DNA of 64,000 nt from Octopus sinensis (GCF_006345805.1 NC_043003.1:48298001-48362000); one strand, 5' to 3'. Shown: positions 27,422 to 37,410, counted from the stretch's first letter. Numbers and translations are program-made. The notes: generated by a model from the sequence alone, not told the origin.

Positions 27422-29530
27422 GAACTAACAGAGCTTATTGTAGCATTTTTTTCATAACAATTTCCATGTTGTTTGTATTGTGATTGTGTTTTATGATTTA
27501 GCCTCAAACAATTCTAATTTCAATTACATATGAACCAAGCCAACAAAAGATCCTTTATGAGGTTTCTCATCAATCTAGAAACAGTAGCCAAATCTCCCTT
27601 TCAAACTGCATTTTCTTAAAAAAAAAAAATTAAGGACACATTGGACATTGTAACCAAAGATTTACAAACTACACACCAAATGGATGGTTAATGGCTGGAA
27701 CTCTTGAAATGCCTTTCATCAGAAACAATAATCATACAACAAACAGACTGGATTCCAAACTGCCCTCTGCTTTGTGCTTTTGAATTCCTCTTGAATAAAA
27801 TATCCCTTGAAAAACAGATAAGGGTCGGAGATAAGATTTGTATATGACTAAAAATTCCTGCTTCAATTTCCTCTTGCTCAAACCATGCTAGCATGGAAAG
27901 ATAAATATTAAATGGACAAATTAATGTTATATAAAATTATCACCCCTATTCCATTTCTGCAATATCAGTTATCTTTTTCCTACCCACTCCAACTTGTGTA
28001 TCATTGGTCACAGTCACCCATCAACCTCCTCCCAATTTCTACAGTTGTCACCTACTCTTCCCTCAACACTTGTTTTTCTTAATATTCACCCTCACACACA
28101 TTCCCTATCTCTAATGTTCTCTCACTCTCCCACATGCCCTTGTAACCTCTACCCACCAACACTTCCTGATCTCCTGTCCCCACTCACTTCTACTTATCTG
28201 GCATCTTGAGGCTCCACTCTATCATCTCATTGCCATTGTTTTTATCTCTTTCTAACTCTACCCCAACCACTCCTACTGCCTCTTCTATAATGGGAGTAGA
28301 AGCGTAGTTCCCTTATTGCAAGAAACCTGTTCTGTTCTGAAGCTTTCTCTCTCACTTCAACCCTTCATCTCATAGTATAAAGCTGCCTCTCTCTCTACTG
28401 TAGTTCCACTTGATCAAAAGAGATCTTAATGTTGCAGGTTGCATGGCAACCTCACTGGTAGTAGTGGCATGAAAAAAGACACCCAGTACACACTGTATAA
28501 TGGTTGGCGTTTGGAGGAATATCCAACCATTGAAACCATGCTAAAACAGACATTGGAGCAGGACATAGTATTTTGGGGCTGTTGGATCTTATCAACCTTA
28601 TGCCAGCATAGATCATGAACATTAAATGATGAAGATAATGATTTTTATATAAATATATATAGACATGACACTCATGTCTCTTTGAGAAGTTTCTTCAGAC
28701 AAAATTTTACAGCTAATGCTGGTTCACATTTTCTCTTTGTCCAGACATTATAAATAAGACACACATTAGAGTATGTGCGAGTGTATGTATATAAAACTGC
28801 TGAGTGGTTGGTGTTAGGAAGAGCATCCAGCTGTAAAAATCCTGTCAAAACAGTCACAGAAGTCTGGTGCAGGCTTCAGCCTGGCCAGCTTTTGTGGTAC
28901 CATCCCACCTATACTAGCATGGAACATGGACATTAAATGATGATGATGATGGTGATATATATATATATATATATATATTCTTTTATTATTTTTCTTGTTT
29001 CAGTCATTTGATTGTGGCCATCATTATTAATAAATAATATTAATATAAATGGCTAGCAAGCATAAAAATCAAAAAGATAAATTTATAAATTTATAAATCT
29101 ATAATTATAATTAAGGGTACCAGATAGTACCAGCATTGCTAGAAATAAGAGTCAAATCATACTCAAATAAGCTGCAATATCACTGAAAATTTAACAAGCT
29201 GATGAAATCAAGGAGTCTTTCAACGATTTTAACATGTATGATGAAGCGGGCATTAATTTAACCCCAGGCAGCAAGACCCACTGATGAGGACTAAGAGTAT
29301 TATCTCAGAGTTTGAAATCACATGATATGGGTATACCTGCAAATTCACTTATGTCTTTCCCCCACAAATGGTAGGTTGACTCTTTACTCGCTCCTCGATT
29401 TCATCAGCTTGTTAAATTTTCAGTGATATGTGGCTTATTCGAGTATTTTCGACTCTTATTTCTAGTAATGCTGGTACTGTCTGGTACCCTTAATTATAAT
29501 TATAAATTATAATATATATATATATATATA

Positions 29531-29578
<48 letters not shown>

Positions 29579-31692
29579 CACCCTAATGTGGCTCATGCCA
29601 GTACTCCCTGACTGGCTACCATGCTGGTGGCACATAAAAAGCACTATCCAAACGTGATCGATGCCAGGACCATCTGGCTGGCTCCTGTACTGGTGGCATG
29701 TAAAAAGCACCATCCAAACATGGCCTCTACCCACTGACTGGCTCCTGTGCCGGTGGCTCGTAAAAAGCACCCACTATACTCCTGGAGTGGCTGGCATTAG
29801 GGAGGGCATCCAACTGTAGAAACATTGCCAGATCAGATTGGAGCCTGGTTCAGCTACTGGCTCTTCAGACCTCAGTCAAATCATCCAACTCATGCCAGCA
29901 TGGAAAGCAGAGAGTAAACGATGATGATGATGATGATGATGATGATAATATATACACACACATATATATTATTGGCAAGTGATGGGATAAAACTGATGCA
30001 GGAATTGAAAATACCTTGTGATATTAAGGTCTTTCCATGTGTTACTTCTCTTTTTATACCTGGTTGAATAAAGTACCAACCAAAGTAATGCAGTCAATAT
30101 AGTTGACAAAATCCCTTTAAAGAGGTCCTTCAGAATAGCTGGAGCTTAACAACTAAAACCAATAAAAGAAGGAGAGAGAGAGTATGTATGAGATAATAAG
30201 GCAAACAGGCTTAAGTACCTGGCTCTAAGATTCACTCAATTGGCTTTGTGATCAAGTGTTCTTATCAGTGTACTGAAATTTTCTTCTCAAGGGGCCAATT
30301 GAATGAAATCTTATATCTAGCTGTGTAATGCTCTTTACATACAGTAGACTTTACACACTTCTAGCATATATTTTATGCACCACAAAATATTCATACTGTA
30401 CTCTCAATATTGATGAAGAATGAAGCACTCCATTTTTGTGACATGATCCCAATATTTGGACAATAAACCTGAAAGTGTTCGGAAAAGTTAAACTTATATA
30501 AGACTTCAATCAAAGTTCCTACATTCTCTTAGCCATCTCTTCAATCTCCTGCTCAATTTATGCTACATAAATATTAGCAGGAAGATTGTAAGTACCAGTC
30601 TAGAGTGATGGATTAAGTGAAATTTCATAGGTGGTAGATTAGAAAGTGCCTTTAGGGCACAGAGTGAAATGCTTTGAGGTATTTCTTTCAGCTTTTTGCT
30701 CTCTGAGTTCAAATCTTAGCAAAGTCAACTATGTCTTTCATCCATCGAGGGTCACTAAAATAATTTACCAATCCAAAGTAATGGATTGACAGAATTGTTA
30801 GAGTGTTGGATAAAATGTCTTGCAGTATTTTTTTTTCCCAGTTGTTTGTGTTCTGAATGCTTGGATAATTGATTGTCCATTGTACATGTTAACACCATCA
30901 CTTGGTCTCCCACTGCTTTAGCAGAATTCACTCAATTGTTGCAAGCATTTTGGGTCTGGTCTCTTATTAGAGGATAACTTCCTCCTTTCCTCCAGTCAGT
31001 TTCAGGGAGCCCTGAAAAATTTACAGGACCTCCTTATTTAGCAGCGAAAAAGGTATTGCATATTTTCATGCTCTGTATTAAAATAGACTTTCTATACACA
31101 TCTGTCTATATGACACAACATGCCACACCCTCTTTCTCTTTCCATGACACATTACAAATTACTATATACCCTATGTCCTCATATAGCATCTCTTTGTCTT
31201 TGCAGTTTGTACAACATTGTTCCATGTACACACATGCATTCAAATACACACATCGTTTTCCACATTCCAACAAAATGACAGACCACTCATCAAATTCTAC
31301 ACCCTTTGTTCAACTCCTAATGCGTCATTCTCCAGGAATGATATCACTCACACCAAACTCCACATGCAACACTTACTACAATCCATATGCTGAATACTTA
31401 AATATCATGCCTTATATATTAAACTCCATGAGTTGCACATCACTCACCAAATTTTCTTAACTGCATTTCATGCATCCTACTCCACTCACTACATGCCATC
31501 TATGTTCCTGATATGCTGCCTCTCTACATACACTACTTACCATTTTTTACATTCCAATGTGCACACTTCAAGTGTCACATTAATAACTGTGCTATCTTCT
31601 CTCTACAGGAAGGTAAGAACAAGCAGTTCTTGTTGACATTGATGAAGAAAGAAAGGCAAGCAGATGATGCAGAGTCAAGCAGAAGGAGATAG
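1408..31692 (+). CDS. TMC7-like: Transmembrane channel-like (TMC) protein, TMC4-8/TMC7-like group; 5'-incomplete spliced gene with 14 coding exons in the window
   Basis: Manual splice of 1408-1486, 2054-2326, 4716-4861, 8303-8453, 10554-10712, 11493-11635, 13878-13959, 15048-15145, 17393-17485, 19736-19811, 22163-22293, 25387-25551, 27268-27346 and 31609-31692. All introns are GT-AG and phases match. Total 1759 nt (1 nt + 585 codons + stop). TMC motifs: LWQSAIKKIEGLFGSSVTSYFLFLKWL, TELFYGFY, FTIWDY, CWETFISQEIYRL, LDLVYSQALCWLGLFYAPLMP, WRASR, PSVACGPF. The Asn in SNLLLP fits the TMC4-8 group rather than TMC1-3; the exact paralogue is uncertain. Confidence 0.93.
1629..1829. mobile_element. 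~200-bp hairpin element (MITE-like)
   Basis: 1629-1719 is the near reverse complement of 1736-1829. Confidence 0.7.
2054..2326 (+). CDS. TMC exon: SWSRFKRRL...LWQSAIKKIEGLFGSSVTSYFLFLKWLFLLN...NIFNGK
   Basis: tttcag acceptor, AAG|gtgaga donor; strong TMC N-terminal/TM1 motif; overlaps ORF 1811-2335. Confidence 0.95.
2506..3408. mobile_element. Two tandem copies (~485-bp period) of an AT-rich palindromic MITE embedded in (TA)n
   Basis: Cores 2506-2845 and 2992-3329, each with ~110-bp terminal inverted repeats (taaattatattagagataaaaccac...), separated by (TA)n. Confidence 0.8.
4105..4645 (-). mobile_element. tRNA-derived SINE, family A (interrupted by microsatellite)
   Basis: Reverse complement of the ggcgcaggagtggctgtgtggtaag...ggttcagtcccactg family seen at 18968 and 21059. 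Confidence 0.75.
4716..4861 (+). CDS. TMC exon: GWMADTELFYGFYTNETIFISDATYLMPYAYFYSAIVNYLFILCAMFY
   Basis: cacag acceptor, AG|gtgaca donor; T.LFYG.Y and Y.MP.AY TMC motifs. Confidence 0.93.
5630..6050 (+). pseudogene. Mariner transposase fragment (catalytic C-terminal half)
   Basis: DYLQKSHTINGEYHANLL...ILFHQNNAPAH...QPPYSPDMISSGYHLFPNIK (mariner HDNAP.H and YSPDL motifs, degenerate). Confidence 0.88.
6315..6510 (-). mobile_element. CR1/L2-type LINE 3' fragment (second copy at ~7100-7250)
   Basis: Two similar copies; the 7100-7250 copy translates RFCTNHYPYAFLPRTLVFWNSLFAQVF (F.PRT...WNSLP motif). Confidence 0.65.
8303..8453 (+). CDS. TMC exon: IARSYKENYIE...FVTKMFTIWDYSVISRDAAALRHRSIHNEIK
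   Basis: ttcttag acceptor, AAG|gtaagt donor; F..WDY motif; phase 2 to phase 0 consistent. Confidence 0.92.
8935..9164 (+). mobile_element. tRNA-derived SINE, family B, with 15-bp target-site duplication, nested in a family A SINE
   Basis: agaaactgtcagaag at 8920-8934 and 9165-9179; box-B-like gagttcaaattcc; ggtcgactttgcctttcatcctttcggggtcg core. Confidence 0.85.
9900..10380 (+). mobile_element. RTE 3'UTR-derived repeat with internal sub-repeats and (GAT)n tail
   Basis: Multiple ccggtggcacrtaaaaagcacc modules; same tail as 41600-42050; further copies at 15390-15845, 22998-23275, 29570-29945, 32055-32345 and 48640-48960 (-). Confidence 0.8.
10554..10712 (+). CDS. TMC exon: EYLSEFKDSKKEKNFDLKMKIFLLRLLSHILVLGLISGCGYVVYYLSTFLKDK
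   Basis: tttgcag acceptor, AAA|gtaagt donor; hydrophobic TM segment; overlaps ORF 10512-10724. Confidence 0.9.
11174..11393. mobile_element. TTAA-flanked MITE (piggyBac-like ends)
   Basis: ttaaccctttaa...ctaaagtgttaa; related copies at ~18618-18833 and ~44130-44342; a different family with aacccttttgttac/gtaacaaaagggttaa ends at ~22488-22714. Confidence 0.65.
11493..11635 (+). CDS. TMC exon: TSNEILQDFGVPVLMSASNLLLPLIFTAITHLESYELPQTNLYVTMV
   Basis: gtccag acceptor, GAG|gtaaga donor; TM4-like N...P..F..I..LE.Y pattern. Confidence 0.92.
12112..12339 (+). mobile_element. Family B SINE with 11-bp TSD (one mismatch)
   Basis: aggtattgagg 12101-12111 and aggtatcgagg 12340-12350; body nearly identical to 8935-9164. 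Confidence 0.82.
12505..13085. repeat. ~570-bp interspersed repeat flanked by (AAT)n; second copy at ~59855-60410
   Basis: Collinear similarity (gtggctctcrtggcttctgatcttaac...ccccagtgtcact) between the two loci. Confidence 0.75.
13878..13959 (+). CDS. TMC exon: RTMLLSIVNMAMLCLYWSMKVIRNGSTQ
   Basis: attttag acceptor, CAG|gtgaga donor; phase consistent. Confidence 0.88.
14070..14470. repeat. 21-bp minisatellite (about 18 copies, tcactcaagcatttgcatgca-like)
   Basis: 7-aa periodicity in overlapping ORFs (CLSDACK); direct inspection. Confidence 0.9.
15048..15145 (+). CDS. TMC exon with TMC-domain signature: CWETFISQEIYRLVVVDFFFTILYTLVFEVTW
   Basis: ctttcag acceptor; CWET motif; TT|gtaagt donor restores phase with exon 17393. 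Confidence 0.95.
17393..17485 (+). CDS. TMC exon: (F)VLHSCQALSASPKFNIATTTLDLVYSQALC(W)
   Basis: tttcag acceptor, TG|gtaaga donor; F.I...LDLVY.Q...W motif. Confidence 0.92.
17520..18065. repeat. Polypyrimidine low-complexity tract (CT/CTTT/CCTT repeats)
   Basis: Direct inspection. Confidence 0.85.
18968..19350 (+). mobile_element. tRNA-derived SINE, family A, full length
   Basis: Box A-like tggctgtgtggta, box B-like gggttcagtcc, internal (TA/TG)n, A-rich tail; copies at 20140-20548 (-), 21059-21445 (+) and 19370-19527 (-, 5' half). Confidence 0.85.
19736..19811 (+). CDS. TMC exon: LGLFYAPLMPLLMVVKLFFIFHIKW
   Basis: ttgcag acceptor, TGG|gtaagt donor; G.F..P..P...K motif. Confidence 0.93.
20730..21048 (+). 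mobile_element. tRNA-derived SINE of a distinct family (single copy here)
   Basis: tRNA-like head tggtccagtggttaaggcagcggactcg...ggtttcgattccc; gcgatggactggcatcccgtccag core; poly-A tail. Confidence 0.75.
22163..22293 (+). CDS. TMC exon: ASVICCCSPSKMIWRASRTHTIFLGVLLLYFVLTVVAVAISIY
   Basis: tttcag acceptor, TA|gtaagt donor; C.P....RAS motif. Confidence 0.93.
24722..25265. mobile_element. Head-to-head pair of tRNA-headed SINEs (family D) forming a ~540-bp fold-back; third copy at 26742-27000 (-)
   Basis: 24722-24985 is the reverse complement of 25005-25265; tRNA-like head ggcatatggcgtagtggttaagagc...gagttcgattcc; internal (AAT)n. Confidence 0.85.
25387..25551 (+). CDS. TMC exon: NKPSVACGPFSQMDTAYDLVSLMVEKWQSSNLYLKKIVRFISQRGFIFVVLIIF
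   Basis: tttcag acceptor, TG|gtgagt donor; PS..CGPF motif. Confidence 0.94.
27268..27346 (+). CDS. TMC exon: VIAYYSHILLTSHRKMVKLLKYQLDL
   Basis: gatacag acceptor, CTG|gtaagg donor; YY......K.L..QL pattern of TMC C-termini. Confidence 0.88.
29100..29504 (+). mobile_element. Fold-back element with ~115-bp inverted arms enclosing the hammerhead; probable Penelope-like (PLE) remnant
   Basis: 29100-29215 is the reverse complement of 29391-29504 (taagggtaccaga...gctgatgaaatc); the hammerhead lies in the 175-bp spacer. Confidence 0.65.
29268..29340 (+). ncRNA. Type I hammerhead ribozyme fold (intronic, sense to TMC)
   Basis: Stem I ACCCA(29276-80)/TGGGT(29328-32) extended by GCAG/CTGC; core CTGATGA 29281-87; stem II GGACT..GAG-TATTAT-CTC..AGTTT; GAAA 29314-17; stem III TC-ACAT-GA; cleavage triplet ATA ending at 29327. 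Confidence 0.8.
31609..31692 (+). CDS. TMC terminal coding exon: EGKNKQFLLTLMKKERQADDAESSRRR*
   Basis: ctctacag acceptor after a pyrimidine tract; EG..K.FL pattern typical of TMC4-8 C-termini; TAG at 31690-31692. Confidence 0.78.
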   Translation, partial: EGKNKQFLLTLMKKERQADDAESSRRR

Positions 31693-33299
31693 GAATATAA
31701 CTGTTGTAAGTAATAGATATCTTGATTTTCTGTATAAATTAGTGTAAATACAGTCATAGATGAGTGTGGAAGTTATTATAGAGTAGTTTAGAGGCTACTG
31801 CTACTGTGTAGAGGTTTCCATAGGGCAAATGATATGGACAGTCATAGAGTAGTGATGAAACTACTATGAGGTGAGGCCAAGTGGGAAACCAGTTATTGCC
31901 TGCCATAACCATTTCACTTCACTTACATCATTGTTGTGGTCTTAATCCATTAACAGTTAATGTCCCATTTTTAAAACAGAGATTGTAAATTTTAATATAA
32001 AACTTTTGTGTTTCTTCTGTTATATATATTTGAGTGAGGAAAAAAAGAAACATTCGAGCGAGGTCATTGCCAGTGCCGCTGGACTGGCTCCTGTGCAGGT
32101 GGCACGTGAAAAACACCATTTGAGTGTAGCCGTTGCCAGTACTGCCTGACTGACCCTTGTGCCGGTGGCACGTAAAAGCACCCGCTACACTCTCGGAGTG
32201 GTTGGCATTAGGAAGGGCATCCAGCTGTAGAAACTCTGCCAGATCAAGATTGGAGCCTGGTGCAGCCATCTGGTTAACCAGTCCTCAGTCAAATCGTCCA
32301 ACCCATGCTAGCATGGAAAGTGGATGCTAAACGATGAATATGATGATTTCATATTTACAGCTTGATAGAAATAAGCAATATAGAAAGGGAAATATAATCA
32401 AAAAGCCTTCAGTAGCTAAGAAAATGTGAACATTTATAAATGATATTCCTAGTTGAATTATGACCATTCCTAGTTGAATTATGACCTTCAATGGTGCAAA
32501 GAAAAGTATGAGCAATACTACACACAGCCTTATTTCGATCTCTGTGGTTGAGTTCATCCACTTCAGGGTGGTATGACTTAACTCCAATACAATGCAGTAG
32601 TAGCATTGTAGTTTGCAATACTGGATTAAGCTTGTTAAGTGGGAAATGCTACTAGCCATAGATTTGTATCTCTACATGATTGAAAGGTGAGTATCAAAGT
32701 GGTCTCTGTAATTCTAAGTTTATTCTTGACACAATGACATCTTACTGTTCATCATACTGTTCATCTTCTGTTGTAACATCTCCCTCAATCATACATTTAA
32801 GTATGTAGGTTATTTGAATTTTTGTTCCATTGTAAGGATAACTAGCCTTATCTAAATTTTACAATATCGGTAAAGCATACACTGTCTTCAATGTCAAAGT
32901 GTAGGAATGGGGTTACAGCGGCTTGGGAACTCTATTGGATAAGTCTGCAGAATCTTTTCATCATTACATGAAACACTACTTTTGTAAACTGTTTTCCCAT
33001 CCAATAAGTTGATGATTTCATAATTTCCTCATTTTTAGAATCAACACAGTGATCAAGTTTTTTGTTAGAGCTAGGTCTTTTAATGAAGAGAGCTGGAAGT
33101 GCATCATAGCTACTAATGTAACATTTAGGATGGTCTCTGTATTTGATCCACCAAGCCTGATAATATTACTTGTTTAGTTTTCAATGATTCTTTTGAATGT
33201 ATTAGAGTCAATCATTAGAGATCTTTCTCTCAACTACACCTCATATGTAATAGTTCTGGTGACCTAGGCCATGTGTCTGGGAGAACATGATCATGGAGA

Positions 33300-33960
33300 T
33301 TGGTATGCATCCATGCTTAGGTTATCCTAGCCTTATGAGATGGCACAGAGTCTTGTTGGAATACATATGGTCTTCTGTTGCATATCTGTCTATCCAGGGC
33401 TTCATAACTTTCTCCAACATCTCTTTGTAGACATTAGCATTGACTGTTAAATTCTGTGAGAAAAAATGAGGCAACATGACATCTCCCTCATTGCTAACAA
33501 CTCCCAGAACCATCACAGTTGCTGATAACTTAGATTGCATAATCATCGAAACCTCATTCAGCTCTTTGCATAACCATTTATCTGGTCATGAATGAAGTTT
33601 TTCTCATCAGAGAAAAACCAAAACATCCCAGCCTCTTGGTTTTTTAACTTGTTTAGCAAGCATTTTGCACTTATCAAACAATTCTCTCTTGTCTCAATAT
33701 AAGCTGATTCCTCCACATCACATACAACTTGTAACAGTTGTCCTCATGTACAACTTTTCTGACAGTGCATTCTAAAACCTTGAAGTTCTTTACAATTGAT
33801 CTGATTGACTTTCTGAGGTTTTTATCAACTATTTCTTTGACTTTTTGTACAAAATTATGTCGCCTGGTGGTATGAGGATCCTGTGCATGCTTTTGGTATT
33901 TAGCTGCTGATGTTGGATCCCTATCAGCAGCTTCCAGCTCTTTTCAAGCTTTGACAGCAA
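33300..33960 (-). pseudogene. Tc1/mariner-superfamily transposase remnant (probably DD37D/maT type)
   Basis: FSDEK.F motif near 33600; VMVLGVVSNEGDVMLPHFFSQNLTVNANVYKEMLEKVMKPWI; frameshifts and stops. Confidence 0.75.
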
Positions 33961-35066
33961 AAGATCAGGCAACTTTCAGGAAGCGACCTATCTCTGTGTT
34001 ACTATGCTATGGTTTTAAGGCAATGATTACAGTGTGATTTTCCATTTGCTGAGTCAACCTGATGTCTGACATTATTCATCTGAAAAAGTAAGGTAAAAAA
34101 AAAAAAAGGTAAGAAGTTAGAGCTCTTAAAAGAGGTATCCTCAAAAAACTGATGCACTCTATATAACTTTTTTTTTTTCAGACCAGTAGCAAAATTGGTT
34201 TATTGCTAAATGTGCTGCAACTGGAATAAAGTAGGAAGTGATTATGACACCTAGGACTTTGCAAGGAAAACCAAGCAAGAGTATAACTTGTAAATATTAT
34301 TTAAAAAAAACAAGACAGCAAGAAATCAGAGATTCTGTTAAAAAATAAGACTACAAAAAAAAAAAGAAAAAATATTGCAGACTATTTCCATTTTTGAGAT
34401 TTTTTTTTCCTATTTGTTTTTAATGAATGATTCATATCACAAAATGATTTTTTTTAACTGTTATACTTATGTTTATACTGTGTACAAAAATATCTGTGTC
34501 ATATTCTAGAGGTGAAATGACCAAGTGAATGAGGTCTTGATTTCAAGACCACAGTTGGGTTTTTATTATTTTTTTTTAGTTGTTTATTTAATTCTATATT
34601 GTCTCAGTTCAGCTGGCTCTCATGAAAACTTAGTTACAAAATTTTCTGGGAATATTACCTACATTAAAGACAGACTAACACTTTCCAACAGTAGACATAT
34701 GTGTGTGCATATATATTGAAATGAAGAGTTGAAAGTTTAATAATTATTTATTAACAAATTGGTAATCTTTACTTCTTACAGCCAATTTGTTAATAATAAA
34801 TAATTATTAACTTTCAACTCTCCATTTTCTTTTCTTCATTTAACTGGATATGAACTCTATGCTTAATATATACCAATTGTTTTAAGGGAATTTCATTCCC
34901 CAATAATACTAGTTATCAAACCAGTATTCCCTTGGATGTAACCATCCCTTTATAAGGTTAGCATATCCTCTAAATAAATCTCTCTCTATATATATATATA
35001 TTGGTAAAAACAGTAAGATGACAAAAGAAAGAAAAAGACCTCAATATTATGTAAATAGAGGAAATT

Positions 35067-35203
35067 TATCTGTAAATTAATATGTTATCATTATACAATA
35101 GTCAAGACAAAACTCTGAGTTTCAGATGCTGAAGTCTTCAGCATCTGAAACTCAGAGTTTTATCTTGACTATTGTATAATGGTAACATATTAATTTACAG
35201 ATA
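35067..35203. repeat. Near-perfect 137-bp palindrome with 1-nt spacer
   Basis: Centre ...gatgctgaag-t-cttcagcatc... at 35135; 68-bp arms with few mismatches. Confidence 0.9.
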
Positions 35204-35669
35204 TATATATATATATAATATATATATATATATGTGTGCACACTCATACGTATATACATACATATCTCGTCTTTTTAATGCCATGGGACAGAAACAAAAT
35301 CTCAGGGTCATCTAATCTCCCTCTCAGTTATATCTGAGATTGGTGACATTTTTATAATTTTTGTTTTTTGAAACTGTATTATAAACATATTTTTTGTATT
35401 CTATTTTTATAATGTTTCAGTCATTTGGCTGCGACCATACTGGGGCACTGCCTTCATGGGATTTACTTAGTTATATTGACCCCAGTTCTTGATTTCAGTT
35501 TGGTACTTGTTTTATTGATTTCTATTCATTGAATTGCTAAGTTATATTTTTGATATAAAGAGATTCAAACTGAAATGCTGGTAAACACATATACATACAT
35601 ACTTATGTGAATGTGAGTGAGTGTGTGTGTGTGTGTATGTGTGTGCGCATATATATATATGGTGGCCAT

Positions 35670-35990
35670 CCACTCGTGACTGAGGAAGATCATTGCTGAC
35701 CTTCAGGAATGTTGTGCGCTCTAGAACTAACTTATATTTTGCATCTGTGACTCCGTTGGTGGTTGATGAGCCCTGCTCTTGACAAGCATACATGACTGCA
35801 AACATTGCAAACCCAGCTTTCCCTATTCACTACACCAGCAGTGCACTTTCGAGCAGCATACTTAAGTTCTTCAAGTAGAATACGTGTTCTCTCAAAGGTG
35901 TTGACCCTTTCCTTAACCTGCTTCCTCCATCTGTGGCAATGACACGCATTGCTCTCCCAGTCGGCCTCCTGCATATCACAGGCCTTTAAT
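35670..35990 (-). mobile_element. RTE/BovB-like LINE 3' end with C2H2-type motif
   Basis: ORF 35732-35974: W...A..R..WR..V...V..FE...CNVCSHVCLSRAGLINHQRSH. Confidence 0.75.
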
Positions 35991-36838
35991 GAGGACTTGA
36001 CACAGTCCTTAAATTACAGCCTTCACATACATTCACATGCACTCATTCATTTTTAATGGGCTTCACCACACTTCTCTGATTAGCAAATTCCACACATAAA
36101 GTATTGATAAACCTACATCCACAGCAGCAGAAGACACTTGCCCAAGGGATTTGCTACTGTGTTGTGTAAAGTGGGTATCTTAACCATATGGTTACACCTA
36201 CACCAATGTGTAACTGACTCTTGTATAAATGTCTACATATGACAGATATCCTGCCTGCATGTCTGTTAACAGCAAATCTGCAGTGTTTTTGCTAAAATAT
36301 CTACTTTAGATCTCCCATTTCCATTACAAACACAACTAAAAAAATAGATAAAAGTAAAAATAGCTTTCCTTAGCATGTATTTTTTTAATGTATGGTAGAT
36401 AAGTGCTCATTATTGATTCGATGGGGTTTTCTCTCTTCTTTTGAGTTTGCCTATGTTATTGTTTAACAACATGTTTACCATAAAAGAACATATCCATGAT
36501 CAAAAGCATTCCAGCTATGACCACACATCTTTTTATGATTATATAGCCCATGACTAAGGTATACAAGACTTGGAGGGCTGGCTGCTAGACTTGTGGTACA
36601 CAAGCCAACTGGTGTATAGACATGACTTAATATCACATAAATCAGTACCCCTGCCTAAGGTTAAACAGGCTTTGTGCCTTAAGGGTAAGCTTGAGAGTAG
36701 AAGACTAACATAGTAAACTATATTATCTGGCAGAAGACAAAAAGCCACTGTTATATCTTCTGTAAAAAAAAAATCATGAATCTTCAGACTTTGGCATGGA
36801 AGTCTATAATTGCTGACACATGTAAAACTGGTGTGAAA

Positions 36839-36894
<56 letters not shown>

Positions 36895-37345
36895 AAGCAG
36901 CAGATGTTTCAATACAACATTAATCCAATGTGCCTTTATTTAAAATGGTAGGGTAGAATTTGGCTACTATTTCTAGTAGGTTAAAGATCCTGTTATGGTG
37001 GCTCACTCTTTACATTCTAATTGTCTGGTATGCCCTTTTCTTTTTTTTACAGCATAATTTTCATTGTTATTTAGAATCATTTGAGTATTGAGTAAAATGC
37101 CTTACAATATTTATATTTTGAGTTCAAATCATGGTCAACTTCTGGAAGTCAATAAAATAAAGTATTATTCAAGTACTCGGGTCAATGTATTCAAGTGTTC
37201 CTGCCCACTGAAATTTCTTTGTGCATATTTAAGAAACTGTTATCTCTAATGTTTAATAAAGTAAATCTTTCTTAATATATTGATGCTAATTTAATAAAAA
37301 CTATACCACTTTATCAATTATATCACTTGTCTTCATGAAAACACA

Positions 37346-37403
37346 TAGCATAGTGGTTAGAGTAATGTTGGGCTCAAGATCATAAGTCCATGGGTTCAAT
37401 TCC
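37346..37403 (+). promoter_or_regulatory. Pol III type-2 promoter-like boxes (SINE head) directly upstream of the satellite
   Basis: Box A TAGCATAGTGG 37346-56; box B GGTTCAATTCC 37393-37403. Confidence 0.55.
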
Positions 37404-37410
37404 TAGCCAC

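Noticed and set aside
29198-29410. CTGATGA inside both arms of the fold-back as extra ribozymes
   Set aside because: No stem II followed by GAAA and NUH at workable spacing
35120-35155. Hammerhead on the minus strand of the 35135 palindrome (CTGAAGA...GAAAC)
   Set aside because: No stem II can form between the core segments and there is no stem I/NUH arrangement
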